Assembly: GCA_963664375.1 (NCBI GenBank)
Contig: OY761449.1
Location: 1,867,087-1,931,086 of the forward strand
DNA: 64,000 nucleotides
Direction: 5' to 3'
Origin: Dehalococcoidia bacterium
GTDB taxonomy: Bacteria > Chloroflexota > Dehalococcoidia > Lucifugimonadales > UBA3495
Each line of letters opens with the position of its first letter. Within the stretch, counting starts at the first letter, position 1. This document shows positions 35,872 to 44,982 of the stretch, one piece after another. Under the pieces are notes generated by a model. That model made no database searches, was not told where the DNA came from, and worked only from the letters and a program-made list of their open reading frames with translations. The position numbers and the translations under genes were made by a program.

Positions 35872-37226
35872 AGGCCGCCGGACGAATTATTGGTGATTCT
35901 GCTTCCCGCTTGGGCAACTCGCGTCAGTCCGCCCGGAAACACCGAGACCGTGCCGTCGCCGCTCTGGACGGCGAAAACCCGGAGATCGACGTGATGAGGC
36001 TCCAGTGCGCGAGTCTGCTCATTAAAAACCATGTGCTGGGAAAAATCCAAGGTTTCCTGGGCGATGAAAGCAAGGGGATTCTGCAAAATGTTGTTGGCCA
36101 CCCTGGCCTTGTACCCCTCGCCCAGGTCGGGCATAACGAATACGCCGAGACCGCCGTATCCCTGGCGTGTCTTGATTACGAGGCTTTCCAGGTTCTCCAG
36201 CATGAACCGCCGACTGTCGGGGTCGGCCGGGTTGTAGCTGGTGGCCTGCTCCAGTACGGGCGTCTGGCCAAGGTAGCGTTCGATCATCTGCGGCACCCAG
36301 AGAAACACCAGCTTGTCATCGGCTGCGCCGGTGCCGATTCCGTTGACCAGCACAACCTTGCCGTCGAGGTACGCCTCTCCCAGGCCCGGAACGAAGAGGT
36401 CCAGGTCTTCCACCCGGCGGTATATGACGTCCACCTTCACGTCGGCGTCCAGAGTGCGGACGTATACGAAACCGTCCGGCCCCACGTACAGGTCAGGCCC
36501 CTCCACCAGCGGAATGTCCAGTTCCTCCGACAGGTAACGATGCTCGAAGAAGGCCGACCCGTACTTGCCGTCCGTCAGCAGAACCACCACCGGCTCCGGG
36601 TTGTCCGTCAGCGACTCGAACATGCCCAGGTAGGCGTCCCGGATGCCGTAGGGCAGGATGTCATATTGGCTGGAGAATTCCGGGAACATTTCCTCGATCA
36701 TCTGCCGGGACTTGAGCTGGTAGGAGATGCCGGAAGGGATGCGCAGGTTGTCCTCCAGCACCACGTAGCGCCCGTCGCCGAGGTGAACCAGGTCGATGCC
36801 GTAGATATGGACGAATACGTCCTTGGGCGGCCGGAATCCCTGCACCTCAGGATAGAAATGCTGCGATGAGTAAATGACATCATCGGGAACAATGTCCTGC
36901 TGTCCCGCGTAGAGATCGACCAGGAACCTGTTAATGGACCGCAGCCGCTGCTCGACCCCGGCGGCAATGGTCTCCCAGTGCTCCAGCGGGATGACGCGGG
37001 GCACAAAATCCGTGGGCATGTTCCGGTAGCTGCCCGGGTCCAGGTAGAAGGTGACCGAGTCGAGGTCAACCTGCTTTCCGGCCTTGGCAAACCGGGCGGC
37101 AAGGTCTTCCAGTCCCAACGACTCGATTGACCTGCCCAGGCCGTTGTATTGGGGTCTGAGGTTGCCAAAGTCGTCCTGCCACTCGTTGTAGAAGCCTACG
37201 GCTTTTTCAGATGAGACGGTTACCAA
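35844..37226 (-). CDS. circularly permuted type 2 ATP-grasp protein
   Basis: Length and C-terminal FPGGLTRVAQAGSRITNNSSGGLCKPTWVV are typical of the COG2308 amidoligase family found with alpha-E and transglutaminase genes. Confidence 0.8.
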   Translation of the reverse strand: MVTVSSEKAVGFYNEWQDDFGNLRPQYNGLGRSIESLGLEDLAARFAKAGKQVDLDSVTFYLDPGSYRNMPTDFVPRVIPLEHWETIAAGVEQRLRSINRFLVDLYAGQQDIVPDDVIYSSQHFYPEVQGFRPPKDVFVHIYGIDLVHLGDGRYVVLEDNLRIPSGISYQLKSRQMIEEMFPEFSSQYDILPYGIRDAYLGMFESLTDNPEPVVVLLTDGKYGSAFFEHRYLSEELDIPLVEGPDLYVGPDGFVYVRTLDADVKVDVIYRRVEDLDLFVPGLGEAYLDGKVVLVNGIGTGAADDKLVFLWVPQMIERYLGQTPVLEQATSYNPADPDSRRFMLENLESLVIKTRQGYGGLGVFVMPDLGEGYKARVANNILQNPLAFIAQETLDFSQHMVFNEQTRALEPHHVDLRVFAVQSGDGTVSVFPGGLTRVAQAGSRITNNSSGGLCKPTWVVR

Positions 37227-37374
37227 TCTGATAGTCCTTTCCGGTTGCGTTAGCCTTTACCTTCCTCATGATAGTAGGTATATGTTACGAGGTGATTAAC
37301 GGCGGCAATCCGACAAGCGGCGTTGCCGAAACCCTCGTCGCGCCCTACACTCTGAGAAAGCAGCAGCGCATAGG

Positions 37375-37544
37375 CTAGGGAGTGTCGTCAAATTGCCCCG
37401 TCATTCCTGCGAAAGCAGGAATCCAGGCTTTTCCACCACCGGATAGTTCCGAAAGGTCGCGGCATTCTGGATTCCTGCTTTCGCAGGAATGACGGAAGTA
37501 GAGCTGTCGCAAGCCTGGGGATTCATTTTGACGACATACCCTAG
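37375..37544. mobile_element. MITE-B, full copy (170 bp)
   Basis: Ends cTA-GGGAGTGTCGTCAAATT ... ATTTTGACGACATACCC-TAg are inverted. Each arm carries a GTCATTCCTGC-GAAA-GCAGGAATCCAG hairpin. No ORF of its own. Confidence 0.75.
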
Positions 37545-37560
37545 GCGGAAAGCAATAGAG

Positions 37561-37944
37561 ATGCTGAAAAACCCTTCGGCTAGAGACCTGATGGTGGATG
37601 CCCGGGCCGTTCACAGCGCGGCAATGGCGCGGTTGGAAGTGGGAGACTGGCGCGACGCCGCGGAAAAGGCGTGGTGCGCCGCCCGCAACGCGACTGAGGC
37701 GGCAATTCTGGAGATTAACGGCATAGAGAGTTCCAGGAGTACCAACATTGACACGGGTATCCGGGCTTTAGCCAGAGAGCGGGGCGGCGAATGGATTGAA
37801 TTGCGAAAGGATTACACTGAAGTCGTCTACCACCTGCACATAGAGGCCTTCTACGGCGGGGTGTGGCACGACGACGTACCTGACCTTATCCGGGGCGTTG
37901 CGAACTACGTCGACCGGATAGCGAGGCTGGCCGACGAAGGCTGA
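37561..37944 (+). CDS. hypothetical helical protein
   Basis: ORF with normal codon usage and no family I can name with confidence. The longer 37489 start would translate the end of a MITE. Confidence 0.35.
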   Translation: MLKNPSARDLMVDARAVHSAAMARLEVGDWRDAAEKAWCAARNATEAAILEINGIESSRSTNIDTGIRALARERGGEWIELRKDYTEVVYHLHIEAFYGGVWHDDVPDLIRGVANYVDRIARLADEG

Positions 37945-38043
37945 CGCGCCGCGCCGGTAGGCGTTGCACTCCCGGGGCGCGAAGAAATGGGCCGTCCGAT
38001 TGCCGGACGGCCCAAGCGGTTTGTCGTGGCAGTGCCTCACGCC

Positions 38044-39129
38044 CTAGTCGGGGTCCAGCTCGGCGAAGCGGGGCATGACCTCGTTGGCGAACAGGTTCAT
38101 GGACTTCTCCCAACCCTTCTGGGTGTCGATGTTGTCGTAGATGAGGGTCAGCAGCGTCCCGAACCCGCCGCACATCTCGTAGAGGTTCAGCAGCCGTTGC
38201 TCCACGGTATCGGGCGAGCCCACGAGCCAGACGTGCTCGGCCATGTACTCCGGCGTTACCTTTTCGTCGGGAACGCTGGAGTCGTGCTTGATAACGTGCG
38301 TCAGGCCGAATGCGCCGAACAGCGGCAGCAGGTAGTCGCCCCACACGCGGCCAAGCATGCCGTTCACCGCGCCGTCCATGGCCTCGTCGTCCGAATCGGC
38401 CACCCACACGTCGCGGGTGATGCGCCAGTCGGAACGCAACGGCGTGCGGCCGCTGCGGGCGGCGCCCTCCACGATGGCGTCCCAATGACTGATGACGTAG
38501 TCCTGGTTCATGGCCAGACTCATGGGTATGAAGCCGCGCTCCCCAGCGATCTTCAGCGTCTCCGAGCCGATGCTGACCGAGGCCACGCCGATGGGCGGGT
38601 GCGGCTTCTGGTACGGCTTGATGAAGAAGCGCAGGGTGTCCAGCATTGGCTCCGGGTAATTGACGTCCCAGAAATCGCCCTTGTACTCGAACGGCTCCTC
38701 GCTTTCCCACAGCTTGAGGATGATGTCGATGGACTCGCGGGTCATGCGCCGGTGCTGGCCGTTCATGCCGTCCACGTCGAACAGCCGGTAGTCGGTGGGC
38801 AGGCCGCTGGAGCCGATGCCGAACATAAACCGGCCCTGGGCCATGTGGTCGAGGTAGGCCACGCGGCAGGCCAGCTCGGCGGGATGGTGGTACGGCAGCA
38901 GGTGGACGCCGGTGCAGAGCTTGATGTTCTTGGTCCGCATCAACGCCTGGGCGATCATCAGGTCGGGGGCGGGAATCGGCTCCCAGGGCGAGGTGAAGTG
39001 CTCGCCGATCCAGGCCTCTGAAAAGCCCAGTTCGTCGGCCAGTTGCAGGCAATCGAGGTCCCACTGGTGAGCGGCGTAAAGCTCCCGCTCCGGCGGATGG
39101 GATGGCATCATGAACATTCCGTACTTCAT
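38044..39129 (-). CDS. LLM-class flavin-dependent oxidoreductase (luciferase-like monooxygenase)
   Basis: GFSEAWIGEHFTSPWEP...LLPYHHPAELACRVAYLDHMAQGRFMFGIGSSG pattern. Confidence 0.85.
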   Translation of the reverse strand: MKYGMFMMPSHPPERELYAAHQWDLDCLQLADELGFSEAWIGEHFTSPWEPIPAPDLMIAQALMRTKNIKLCTGVHLLPYHHPAELACRVAYLDHMAQGRFMFGIGSSGLPTDYRLFDVDGMNGQHRRMTRESIDIILKLWESEEPFEYKGDFWDVNYPEPMLDTLRFFIKPYQKPHPPIGVASVSIGSETLKIAGERGFIPMSLAMNQDYVISHWDAIVEGAARSGRTPLRSDWRITRDVWVADSDDEAMDGAVNGMLGRVWGDYLLPLFGAFGLTHVIKHDSSVPDEKVTPEYMAEHVWLVGSPDTVEQRLLNLYEMCGGFGTLLTLIYDNIDTQKGWEKSMNLFANEVMPRFAELDPD

Positions 39130-39337
39130 CGGTCCTCCATTCAGCCTGTAAACTGGCCTAACATGCGAATTTGGCCGGTGCCGGGTAATGACGGACGGGC
39201 CGCCGAAATCTATATCGCGACGTTGACCGCTAATTTACCACGTTGCACACCTGTTGGGAATCTTGAACCGGCACAACTCGGAGACGGCTTCAAAGCTCGG
39301 CGGCCTCAATTTTGCCTGAGTCAGAATAGGAGTTACT

Positions 39338-39399
39338 CAGTTGACAGCTATTCCCTCCCCCTCAGGGGGAGGGTTAGGGTGGGGGTGAAACCTCAACTG
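39338..39399 (+). repeat. REP-A copy 20, long form
   Basis: CAGTTGACAGCTAT-TCCCTCCCCC-TCA-GGGGGAGGG-TTAGGGTGGGGGTGAAACC-TCAACTG. Confidence 0.9.
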
Positions 39400-39489
39400 T
39401 GTAGCTCCCATCAGGATTCAGACAATTCAGGATTCAGACAATGATTCTGCTATCGTCCTGCTCCGTTGAGGGAGCGGCCATTCGGCAAC

Positions 39490-39660
39490 CTTAGGGAGTG
39501 TCGTCAAATTCCTCCGTCATTCCTGCGAAAGCAGGAATCCAGAATCGATCTATGCCGGAAAATGATTTGCCTGCGGGAACCCCTGGATTCCTGCTTTCGC
39601 AGGAATGACGTAAGCAGGTCTGCTGACTGTCTGGCAACTCAATTTGACGACACTCCCTAG
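39490..39660. mobile_element. MITE-B, full copy (171 bp)
   Basis: cTTA-GGGAGTGTCGTCAAATT ... AATTTGACGACACTCCC-TAg. Same two internal hairpins as 37375..37544 but a different central spacer. Confidence 0.75.
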
Positions 39661-39715
39661 GCGGGATGAGGGTGAAATCGCAGGGTTCAGCAACTTTGCA
39701 TACACCAGGGAGGCA

Positions 39716-39750
39716 CTCCCACCCTAACCCTCCCCCAGAGGGAGAGGGAA
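39716..39750 (-). repeat. REP-A copy 21
   Basis: CTCCCACCCTAACCCTCCCCC-AGA-GGGAGAGGGAA. Confidence 0.85.
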
Positions 39751-39938
39751 CCCTTAGCAAGCCCTGCCGGAACAGCAACACGCGCTTGAAGCCGCATTTA
39801 TTGTCCATTATGATATAAACCGCTTTACATTATAGAATTCGCGCAATACATGCGTCTTATCTGACACGGCTGGCACACGGGAGGAAATACGCTGTTTCCA
39901 TTAGCGGCCACAAATCCTGCCCCGGATGGTCGCCTCTT

Positions 39939-41312
39939 GTGAGACCGTCTCGCGTTTTCTACGGCTGGTGGCTGTCCGGTCTGGCTGGCCTGATAATGGT
40001 CGTGTCGGCTGTGCCCGTCTTTCACGGCATGGCCGTCTGGGCGCCCGTGCTGAAGGCCCACTTCGACTGGAGCGCCACGCAAGTCGGCGCTGCGCTGGCC
40101 CTGACGCGGGCTGAGGGGGCGCTGTTCGGCCCGCTGGAGGGTTACACCACCGACCGCTTTGGCACCCGCATCATGGTCTTCGTCGGCATGCTGGTGCTCA
40201 GCGGGGCATTCGTCGTCTTCAGCTTCACCAACGATTTCCGCATAGGGCCGATGGAATTCGGCGAACTGTGGTTTTTCGTCGATGCCCTGCTAATCTTCTA
40301 TCTCGCATTCATCCTGATGTCCCTGGGCCAGGGTCTCGGTGGCTGGGTGCCGCTCATGACCATGCTGAACCACTGGTTCAGCCGCAATCGCGGCATGGCC
40401 ATGGGCATTTCGATGTCGGGCATGACCGCCGGGGCCTTGCTGGTGGTGCCAGCCATCGCTTGGGCCATCGACCCCGAATACGACCGGCTGGGCTGGCAAA
40501 CCACCGCGCTGGTGATTGCCGGAGTCATTTTTGTTGGGGCATTTATCTTCCCGCTGATACTCCGGAACCGCCCGCAAGACATGGGTCTGAACACGGACGG
40601 AGATCCGGCGGAACCGGATCCGCCAGCGCAAAGAGAACCCACGGCCGAGGAACTGGCCGCGTCCCAGACGGCGGAGCCGGAACTCACCGTCGGACAAGCG
40701 CTGCGAACGCAGGCATTCTGGTGCATAGCCTTCGGCCACGGCTTCGCCTCCATGATCATCCTGGCCGTGATGACCCACTTGGGCATTATGATGACCGAGC
40801 TGGGCTACTCGCTCCAGACGGTGGCGTGGATCGTCTCGCTCTACAACATCGTTTCGCTGCCCTTCCAGTTCGGCGGCGGATGGCTGGGAGACCGGATACC
40901 CACCAACGTGGCCCTGTTCATGTTCTCGATGATCCAGGGTATTGCCGTCGTGCTGATTGCCATCAACACGAGCCTGTGGATGTTCTACGTTTTCGCCATC
41001 CTGTTCGGCATCGGGTTTGGAGGGCGAACGCCCCTCACTACGGCGATCCGGGGCGAGTATTTCGGCCGCGCGTCCTTCGGCAAGATTCTGGGCATTTCGA
41101 CCGTTCCTATGAACATACTCCTGCTCCTTGCCCCGATAATGACCGGGTTCATGCGGGACCAGTTGGGCGACTACCAGTGGGCCATCGTAATGCTCGCCAT
41201 CCTGAACGGCGTCGGAGCCACACTGTTCCTGATCGCCCGCAAGCCGAAGATCGGCCTGCCGCAGTCGGCGCCGGCTCCCGTGGCTGCCAGCGCAACGGCG
41301 GGCGACTGCTAG
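39939..41312 (+). CDS. MFS transporter (oxalate/formate antiporter-like)
   Basis: 12 predicted hydrophobic spans and N-terminal FYGWWLSGLAGLIMVVS. Paralogous to the next gene. Confidence 0.8.
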   Translation: MRPSRVFYGWWLSGLAGLIMVVSAVPVFHGMAVWAPVLKAHFDWSATQVGAALALTRAEGALFGPLEGYTTDRFGTRIMVFVGMLVLSGAFVVFSFTNDFRIGPMEFGELWFFVDALLIFYLAFILMSLGQGLGGWVPLMTMLNHWFSRNRGMAMGISMSGMTAGALLVVPAIAWAIDPEYDRLGWQTTALVIAGVIFVGAFIFPLILRNRPQDMGLNTDGDPAEPDPPAQREPTAEELAASQTAEPELTVGQALRTQAFWCIAFGHGFASMIILAVMTHLGIMMTELGYSLQTVAWIVSLYNIVSLPFQFGGGWLGDRIPTNVALFMFSMIQGIAVVLIAINTSLWMFYVFAILFGIGFGGRTPLTTAIRGEYFGRASFGKILGISTVPMNILLLLAPIMTGFMRDQLGDYQWAIVMLAILNGVGATLFLIARKPKIGLPQSAPAPVAASATAGDC

Positions 41313-41381
41313 GATGGTCAACTGCCTTTCCGCACCATCCGCCCTTGCCGCTGAATTGTCGGCCTCCTCCGCGAGTCTTGC

Positions 41382-42704
41382 ATGACCATCGCCCGCTCCT
41401 TATCGCCTCGCGGTCTGTTCTACGGCTGGACGCTGGTTGGCGTCGCGGCCTTCGTCATGGTCATCGGCACCGTCCCGCTGTTCCAGGGCATGACCGCCTG
41501 GTTCGTGGTGCTGGAGAGTCATTTCAACTGGACGCGCACCCAGCTTTCCATTGCCTTTTCCCTCAGCCGTGTGGAAGGCTCGATCATGGGGCCCATCAGC
41601 GGCTACCTGATCGACCGGCTGGGATCCAGGCGCATGGTGCTGATCGGCCTGATCGTGGCTGGCGGCGGTTTCGTAATCATGAGCCAGATGCAGAATATCT
41701 GGCACTTCTACATCGCCTTTGTCGTGATGAGCATGGGCGTGGGCCTCGGCACCTGGATGCCCATGATGACCGTGCTGAACAATTGGTTCGTCCGCAACCG
41801 CTCGACCGCCATGGCCCTGGCCATGGAGGGATTCCTGGTCGGCGGAATGGCACTGGTGCCGCTCCTTGCTTTCGTCATCGACCCCGACGTTCCGGGCCGG
41901 CCGGGCTGGAGGATGACGGCGCTGGCCATCGGCATCTTCCTGATGGTTATGGCCCTTCCCGTATCGCGTCTTATTCGAAACGCGCCGGAACCCTATGGAC
42001 TGTTCCCCGACGGCGACCCGGCGGCCCGCCCCAGGCAAACGTCCACGGCGTCGGGCGAGACTGCCGAGGAGCCGGACTTCACCTGGCAGGAGGCCATCAG
42101 GACGGGGACGTTCTGGCTCATAACCATGGGCCACGCCTGCTCGTCCATCGTGATTGTGACGCTGACGGTGCACCTGGGGCCGATGCTGGACGACCGGGGA
42201 TTTTCTTTGCAGACCATCGGGTGGGTTGTGGGCGCGTATACCGGAGTCGCCGCGGTGTTCACGCTCATCGGCGGGTACGTCGGCGACCGTCTCCCGATAC
42301 GGCTGGCGCTGTTCGGGTTCTCCGCGATTCAGTCGGCCTCGGTGGTGGTGCTGATGCTGGCGGATACCCTGTGGATGGCCTACCTGTTCGCAGTGCTGAT
42401 GGGCATCGGATTCGGCGGTCGCAACCCGTTGACCACCGCCATCCGAGGGGTTTACTTCGGGCGCAAGGCCTTTGCCAGCATTACCGGGATGTCCATGATA
42501 CCGATGAACGTAATGCTGCTGGCGTCGCCCCTGTTCGCTGGCATCATGTTCGACGCAACCCAGAGCTATTTCATACCCATGGCCGTGGTAGCCATTGTCA
42601 GCCTGGCCGGGTCTTCGCTGTTCCTGTTCCTTGGCTCTCCGGAGGCAGCGGCAGAGAGCCGGAGGCGCCGGGCCGAGGCGTTGCAGGCCAGCCAGGCCGA
42701 CTGA
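41382..42704 (+). CDS. MFS transporter (paralogue of 39939..41312)
   Basis: Colinear similarity to the upstream gene (FYGWTLVGVAAFVMVIG, GFGGRNPLTTAIRGVYFGR versus GFGGRTPLTTAIRGEYFGR). Confidence 0.8.
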   Translation: MTIARSLSPRGLFYGWTLVGVAAFVMVIGTVPLFQGMTAWFVVLESHFNWTRTQLSIAFSLSRVEGSIMGPISGYLIDRLGSRRMVLIGLIVAGGGFVIMSQMQNIWHFYIAFVVMSMGVGLGTWMPMMTVLNNWFVRNRSTAMALAMEGFLVGGMALVPLLAFVIDPDVPGRPGWRMTALAIGIFLMVMALPVSRLIRNAPEPYGLFPDGDPAARPRQTSTASGETAEEPDFTWQEAIRTGTFWLITMGHACSSIVIVTLTVHLGPMLDDRGFSLQTIGWVVGAYTGVAAVFTLIGGYVGDRLPIRLALFGFSAIQSASVVVLMLADTLWMAYLFAVLMGIGFGGRNPLTTAIRGVYFGRKAFASITGMSMIPMNVMLLASPLFAGIMFDATQSYFIPMAVVAIVSLAGSSLFLFLGSPEAAAESRRRRAEALQASQAD

Positions 42705-42742
42705 CGATCAGCCAACCACCTCGGAATCAACGACATCAAAGG

Positions 42743-42771
42743 CCGTCATTCCTGCGAAAGCAGGAATCCAG
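42743..42771 (+). repeat. REP-B hairpin (CTGC/GCAG variant)
   Basis: CCGTCATTCCTGC-GAAA-GCAGGAATCCAG. Confidence 0.8.
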
Positions 42772-42827
42772 GGGGGTTCCAATCCCAATCATTCTTCGGG
42801 ATTGAGTGACACTGGATAGAAGTAACG

Positions 42828-42890
42828 CGGTTGAAAGCCATCCCCTCCCCCTCAGGGGGAGGGTTAGGGTGGGGGTGAAATCCTCAACTG
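42828..42890 (+). repeat. REP-A copy 22, long form
   Basis: CGGTTGAAAGCCAT-CCCCTCCCCC-TCA-GGGGGAGGG-TTAGGGTGGGGGTGAAATCC-TCAACTG. Confidence 0.9.
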
Positions 42891-42901
42891 CAAACTCCTA
42901 T

Positions 42902-42930
42902 CTGGATTCCTGCTTTCGCAGGAATGACGG
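42902..42930 (-). repeat. REP-B hairpin, inverted copy
   Basis: The plus strand reads CTGGATTCCTGC-TTTC-GCAGGAATGACGG. Confidence 0.8.
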
Positions 42931-42966
42931 TTCAATGCCTTATTTCCCACCAAGACAAACGAGGAC

Positions 42967-43035
42967 GGGGCGCCCACAAGGGACGCCCCTACGGAATTGC
43001 CTTCTTACAGGTAGGGGCAACCCTTGTGGTTGCCC
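42967..43035. repeat. REP-C inverted pair
   Basis: GGGGCGCCCACAAGGGACGCCCCTAC, an 18-nt spacer, then GTAGGGGCAACCCTTGTGGTTGCCC. Same architecture as 17074..17140. Confidence 0.8.
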
Positions 43036-43082
43036 GCATTGGCCCATCATGTCAACGCTGTGACGACACTGGCAAAAGGGGC

Positions 43083-43118
43083 CGCCCTCACCCTATCCCT
43101 CTCCCGGAGGGAGAGGGA
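43083..43118 (-). repeat. REP-A copy 23
   Basis: CGCCCTCACCCTATCCCTCTCCC-GGAG-GGAGAGGGA, 3' of the thioredoxin-fold gene in sense orientation. Confidence 0.9.
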
Positions 43119-43134
43119 GCTTGTCGCACACCCT

Positions 43135-43719
43135 CTACGACACGCTCCTCTCCAGCAACTCCCGTATCTCGACCACGGTGGCCGCGATCCACTCGTCGGC
43201 CTTGGCGGCGGTGCGCTGACGCCGTTCCCTCCCGAACGCCTGATCGTCGATGTCCGGGTTCTCGGCGCGGATGTCCACCTCTATCTGGTACATTTCCCGC
43301 TCGGCGATGGCGGGCCGCTCGATCCAGTGGCAGATGTAGTCGTGGTCGCCGGTGTAGAACACGGCCACCGGGATCGACATCCACTTTCCTTCCTTGAGGA
43401 ACTCGTTCATGATGTCGTGGTGCGAGTCGCGGGGGAAAATGCGCATCTCCATATCCGCCGACTCGCAGATGCGGGCCAGCACTCCCAGCCCGCGCACCAC
43501 GTCGCCGCACCAGTCCTCGCCCAGCACCAGCATCTTCTTGGGGCCGTTGTCGCGGGAGGCCAATTCCTTGAAGGCGCGGGCGTCGTCCTCTGAAAGCCCG
43601 CTGCTGTCGTAAAAGCCCTCAAAGCGCGCCTTGTTCACCTTGATTTCGTTCATGTAGGCCATGTAGTCGAAGCCCTGGGAGTACCGTTCCGGGGTTACCA
43701 CGCTGGTTTCGCTCGCCAT
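43135..43719 (-). CDS. thioredoxin-fold protein
   Basis: VLGEDWCGDVV motif in a thioredoxin-like context. Family assignment is tentative. Confidence 0.6.
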   Translation of the reverse strand: MASETSVVTPERYSQGFDYMAYMNEIKVNKARFEGFYDSSGLSEDDARAFKELASRDNGPKKMLVLGEDWCGDVVRGLGVLARICESADMEMRIFPRDSHHDIMNEFLKEGKWMSIPVAVFYTGDHDYICHWIERPAIAEREMYQIEVDIRAENPDIDDQAFGRERRQRTAAKADEWIAATVVEIRELLERSVS

Positions 43720-43745
43720 ATCGCTACCCTCGAAATATAAATTAG

Positions 43746-43782
43746 CCCCCGCTCCCTCCGGGGGAGGGTTGGGGTGGGGGCG
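43746..43782 (+). repeat. REP-A copy 24
   Basis: CCCCCGCTCCC-TCC-GGGGGAGGG-TTGGGGTGGGGGCG. Confidence 0.85.
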
Positions 43783-43808
43783 TTCCCCTAGAGGGTGTTT
43801 CCAAAGTT

Positions 43809-43843
43809 CCCTCTCCTTCCGGGGGAGGGTTAGGGTGGGGGCG
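43809..43843 (+). repeat. REP-A copy 25
   Basis: CCCTCTCCTTCC-GGGGGAGGG-TTAGGGTGGGGGCG. Confidence 0.85.
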
Positions 43844-43954
43844 TTGTCTTCGTTTTGTCAGGAATGACACATACCACCACAGCCTGCTCATTGCGGGTGA
43901 AATGGGCTTTGGAAACACCCTCTTAACCGGGCGCACGGCCCGTCAGCCGATTTC

Positions 43955-44170
43955 TCAACCCGTCATTCCTCTGAATCCCACCTCCACCTTGCCATCCGGG
44001 TAGAGGATGATAGGCACGGCGTCGCCGTAGTCCAGGGCCTCGTCCAGGGTGTCCTGGCTCTGGTCAACGCGCTTTTCCTCGTACTCAACGCCCTCCCGTT
44101 TCCACGCGGCGCGGAGAGCGTCGCAGGCAGGGCATACGGTCAGGGTGTAAACGATTGGTATGTCGGCCAT
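43955..44170 (-). CDS. glutaredoxin/NrdH-like small redoxin
   Basis: 71 aa, with VYTLTVCPACDALR (CPxC) near the N-terminus. Confidence 0.7.
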   Translation of the reverse strand: MADIPIVYTLTVCPACDALRAAWKREGVEYEEKRVDQSQDTLDEALDYGDAVPIILYPDGKVEVGFRGMTG

Positions 44171-44332
44171 CGGGGCCTCCTATTGCCGGATACGGCGTCG
44201 CCGGTCCCCGTGATTAGCCACAATTCTACAACGCTGTCCATACCGACGCCAACTTTGAGATTACTACGGCCATACATTTCTGCATGGCTGCAATCTATAA
44301 TGAACCCATCGTATTCCACATGGAGAACAGCG

Positions 44333-44893
44333 ATGAGATACCTGAAGCGCTCGGCATTTCCGGCAGTTTTGTCCCTTGCCATCCTGCTGCTGCTGATAGC
44401 CTGCGGGCAGGAGGCAGACGCGCCCGAACCGGAAAGGGACGTGGGGGCGACGGCCACAGCCGCGATAATGGGAAAGGAAGGCGAGGCCCATGGCACGGTT
44501 ACACTGACCCAAGGCCCCCAAGGGGTGCTGGTGAGCGCAGACCTGAGCGGGCTGCCCCCCGGCGGCCACGGGTTCCACATCCACGCCGTTGGCGTGTGCT
44601 CTCCCGACTTTTCCGCTGCTGGCAGCCACTTCGGCCCCGGCGATGAAAGCCACGGTTTCCTGTATTCCACCGATATGCACGCTGGCGACCTGCCCAACAT
44701 CTATGCCAACGCCGACGGCACGGCGCGGGCGGACGCATTTACTGACGACGTTACGCTGGCGGCGGATGACGTCCGCGCCCTGTTCGACTCTGACGGCTCG
44801 GCCATCATAATCCACGAAAAGCCCGACGCTTACGGCGAGGATGTCGGGTCGGCAGGCGCCCGGATAGCCTGCGGGATCATCCAGCGCAACTAG
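44333..44893 (+). CDS. sodC: Cu/Zn superoxide dismutase, lipoprotein precursor
   Basis: Lipobox LLLLIACG, then GFHIHAVGVCS, HAGDLPN and AIIIHEKPD...AGARIACGII. GGAGAA RBS before ATG 44333. Confidence 0.85.
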   Translation: MRYLKRSAFPAVLSLAILLLLIACGQEADAPEPERDVGATATAAIMGKEGEAHGTVTLTQGPQGVLVSADLSGLPPGGHGFHIHAVGVCSPDFSAAGSHFGPGDESHGFLYSTDMHAGDLPNIYANADGTARADAFTDDVTLAADDVRALFDSDGSAIIIHEKPDAYGEDVGSAGARIACGIIQRN

Positions 44894-44982
44894 AGACGCG
44901 CCGTTGTACGGGGCTGGAGCGGAAGCCTATAATTGAGGCCGCCTGGAAATTCACACCCCAGGCCACCGGGGATGGAGGAACA

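Noticed and set aside
40268-42805. 845-aa ORF on the + strand spanning both MFS transporter genes
   Set aside because: It is an alternative frame of two clearly homologous MFS genes. The translation is Arg/Gly/Pro/His-rich low-complexity sequence typical of off-frame ORFs in high-GC DNA. No start context or recognisable domain.
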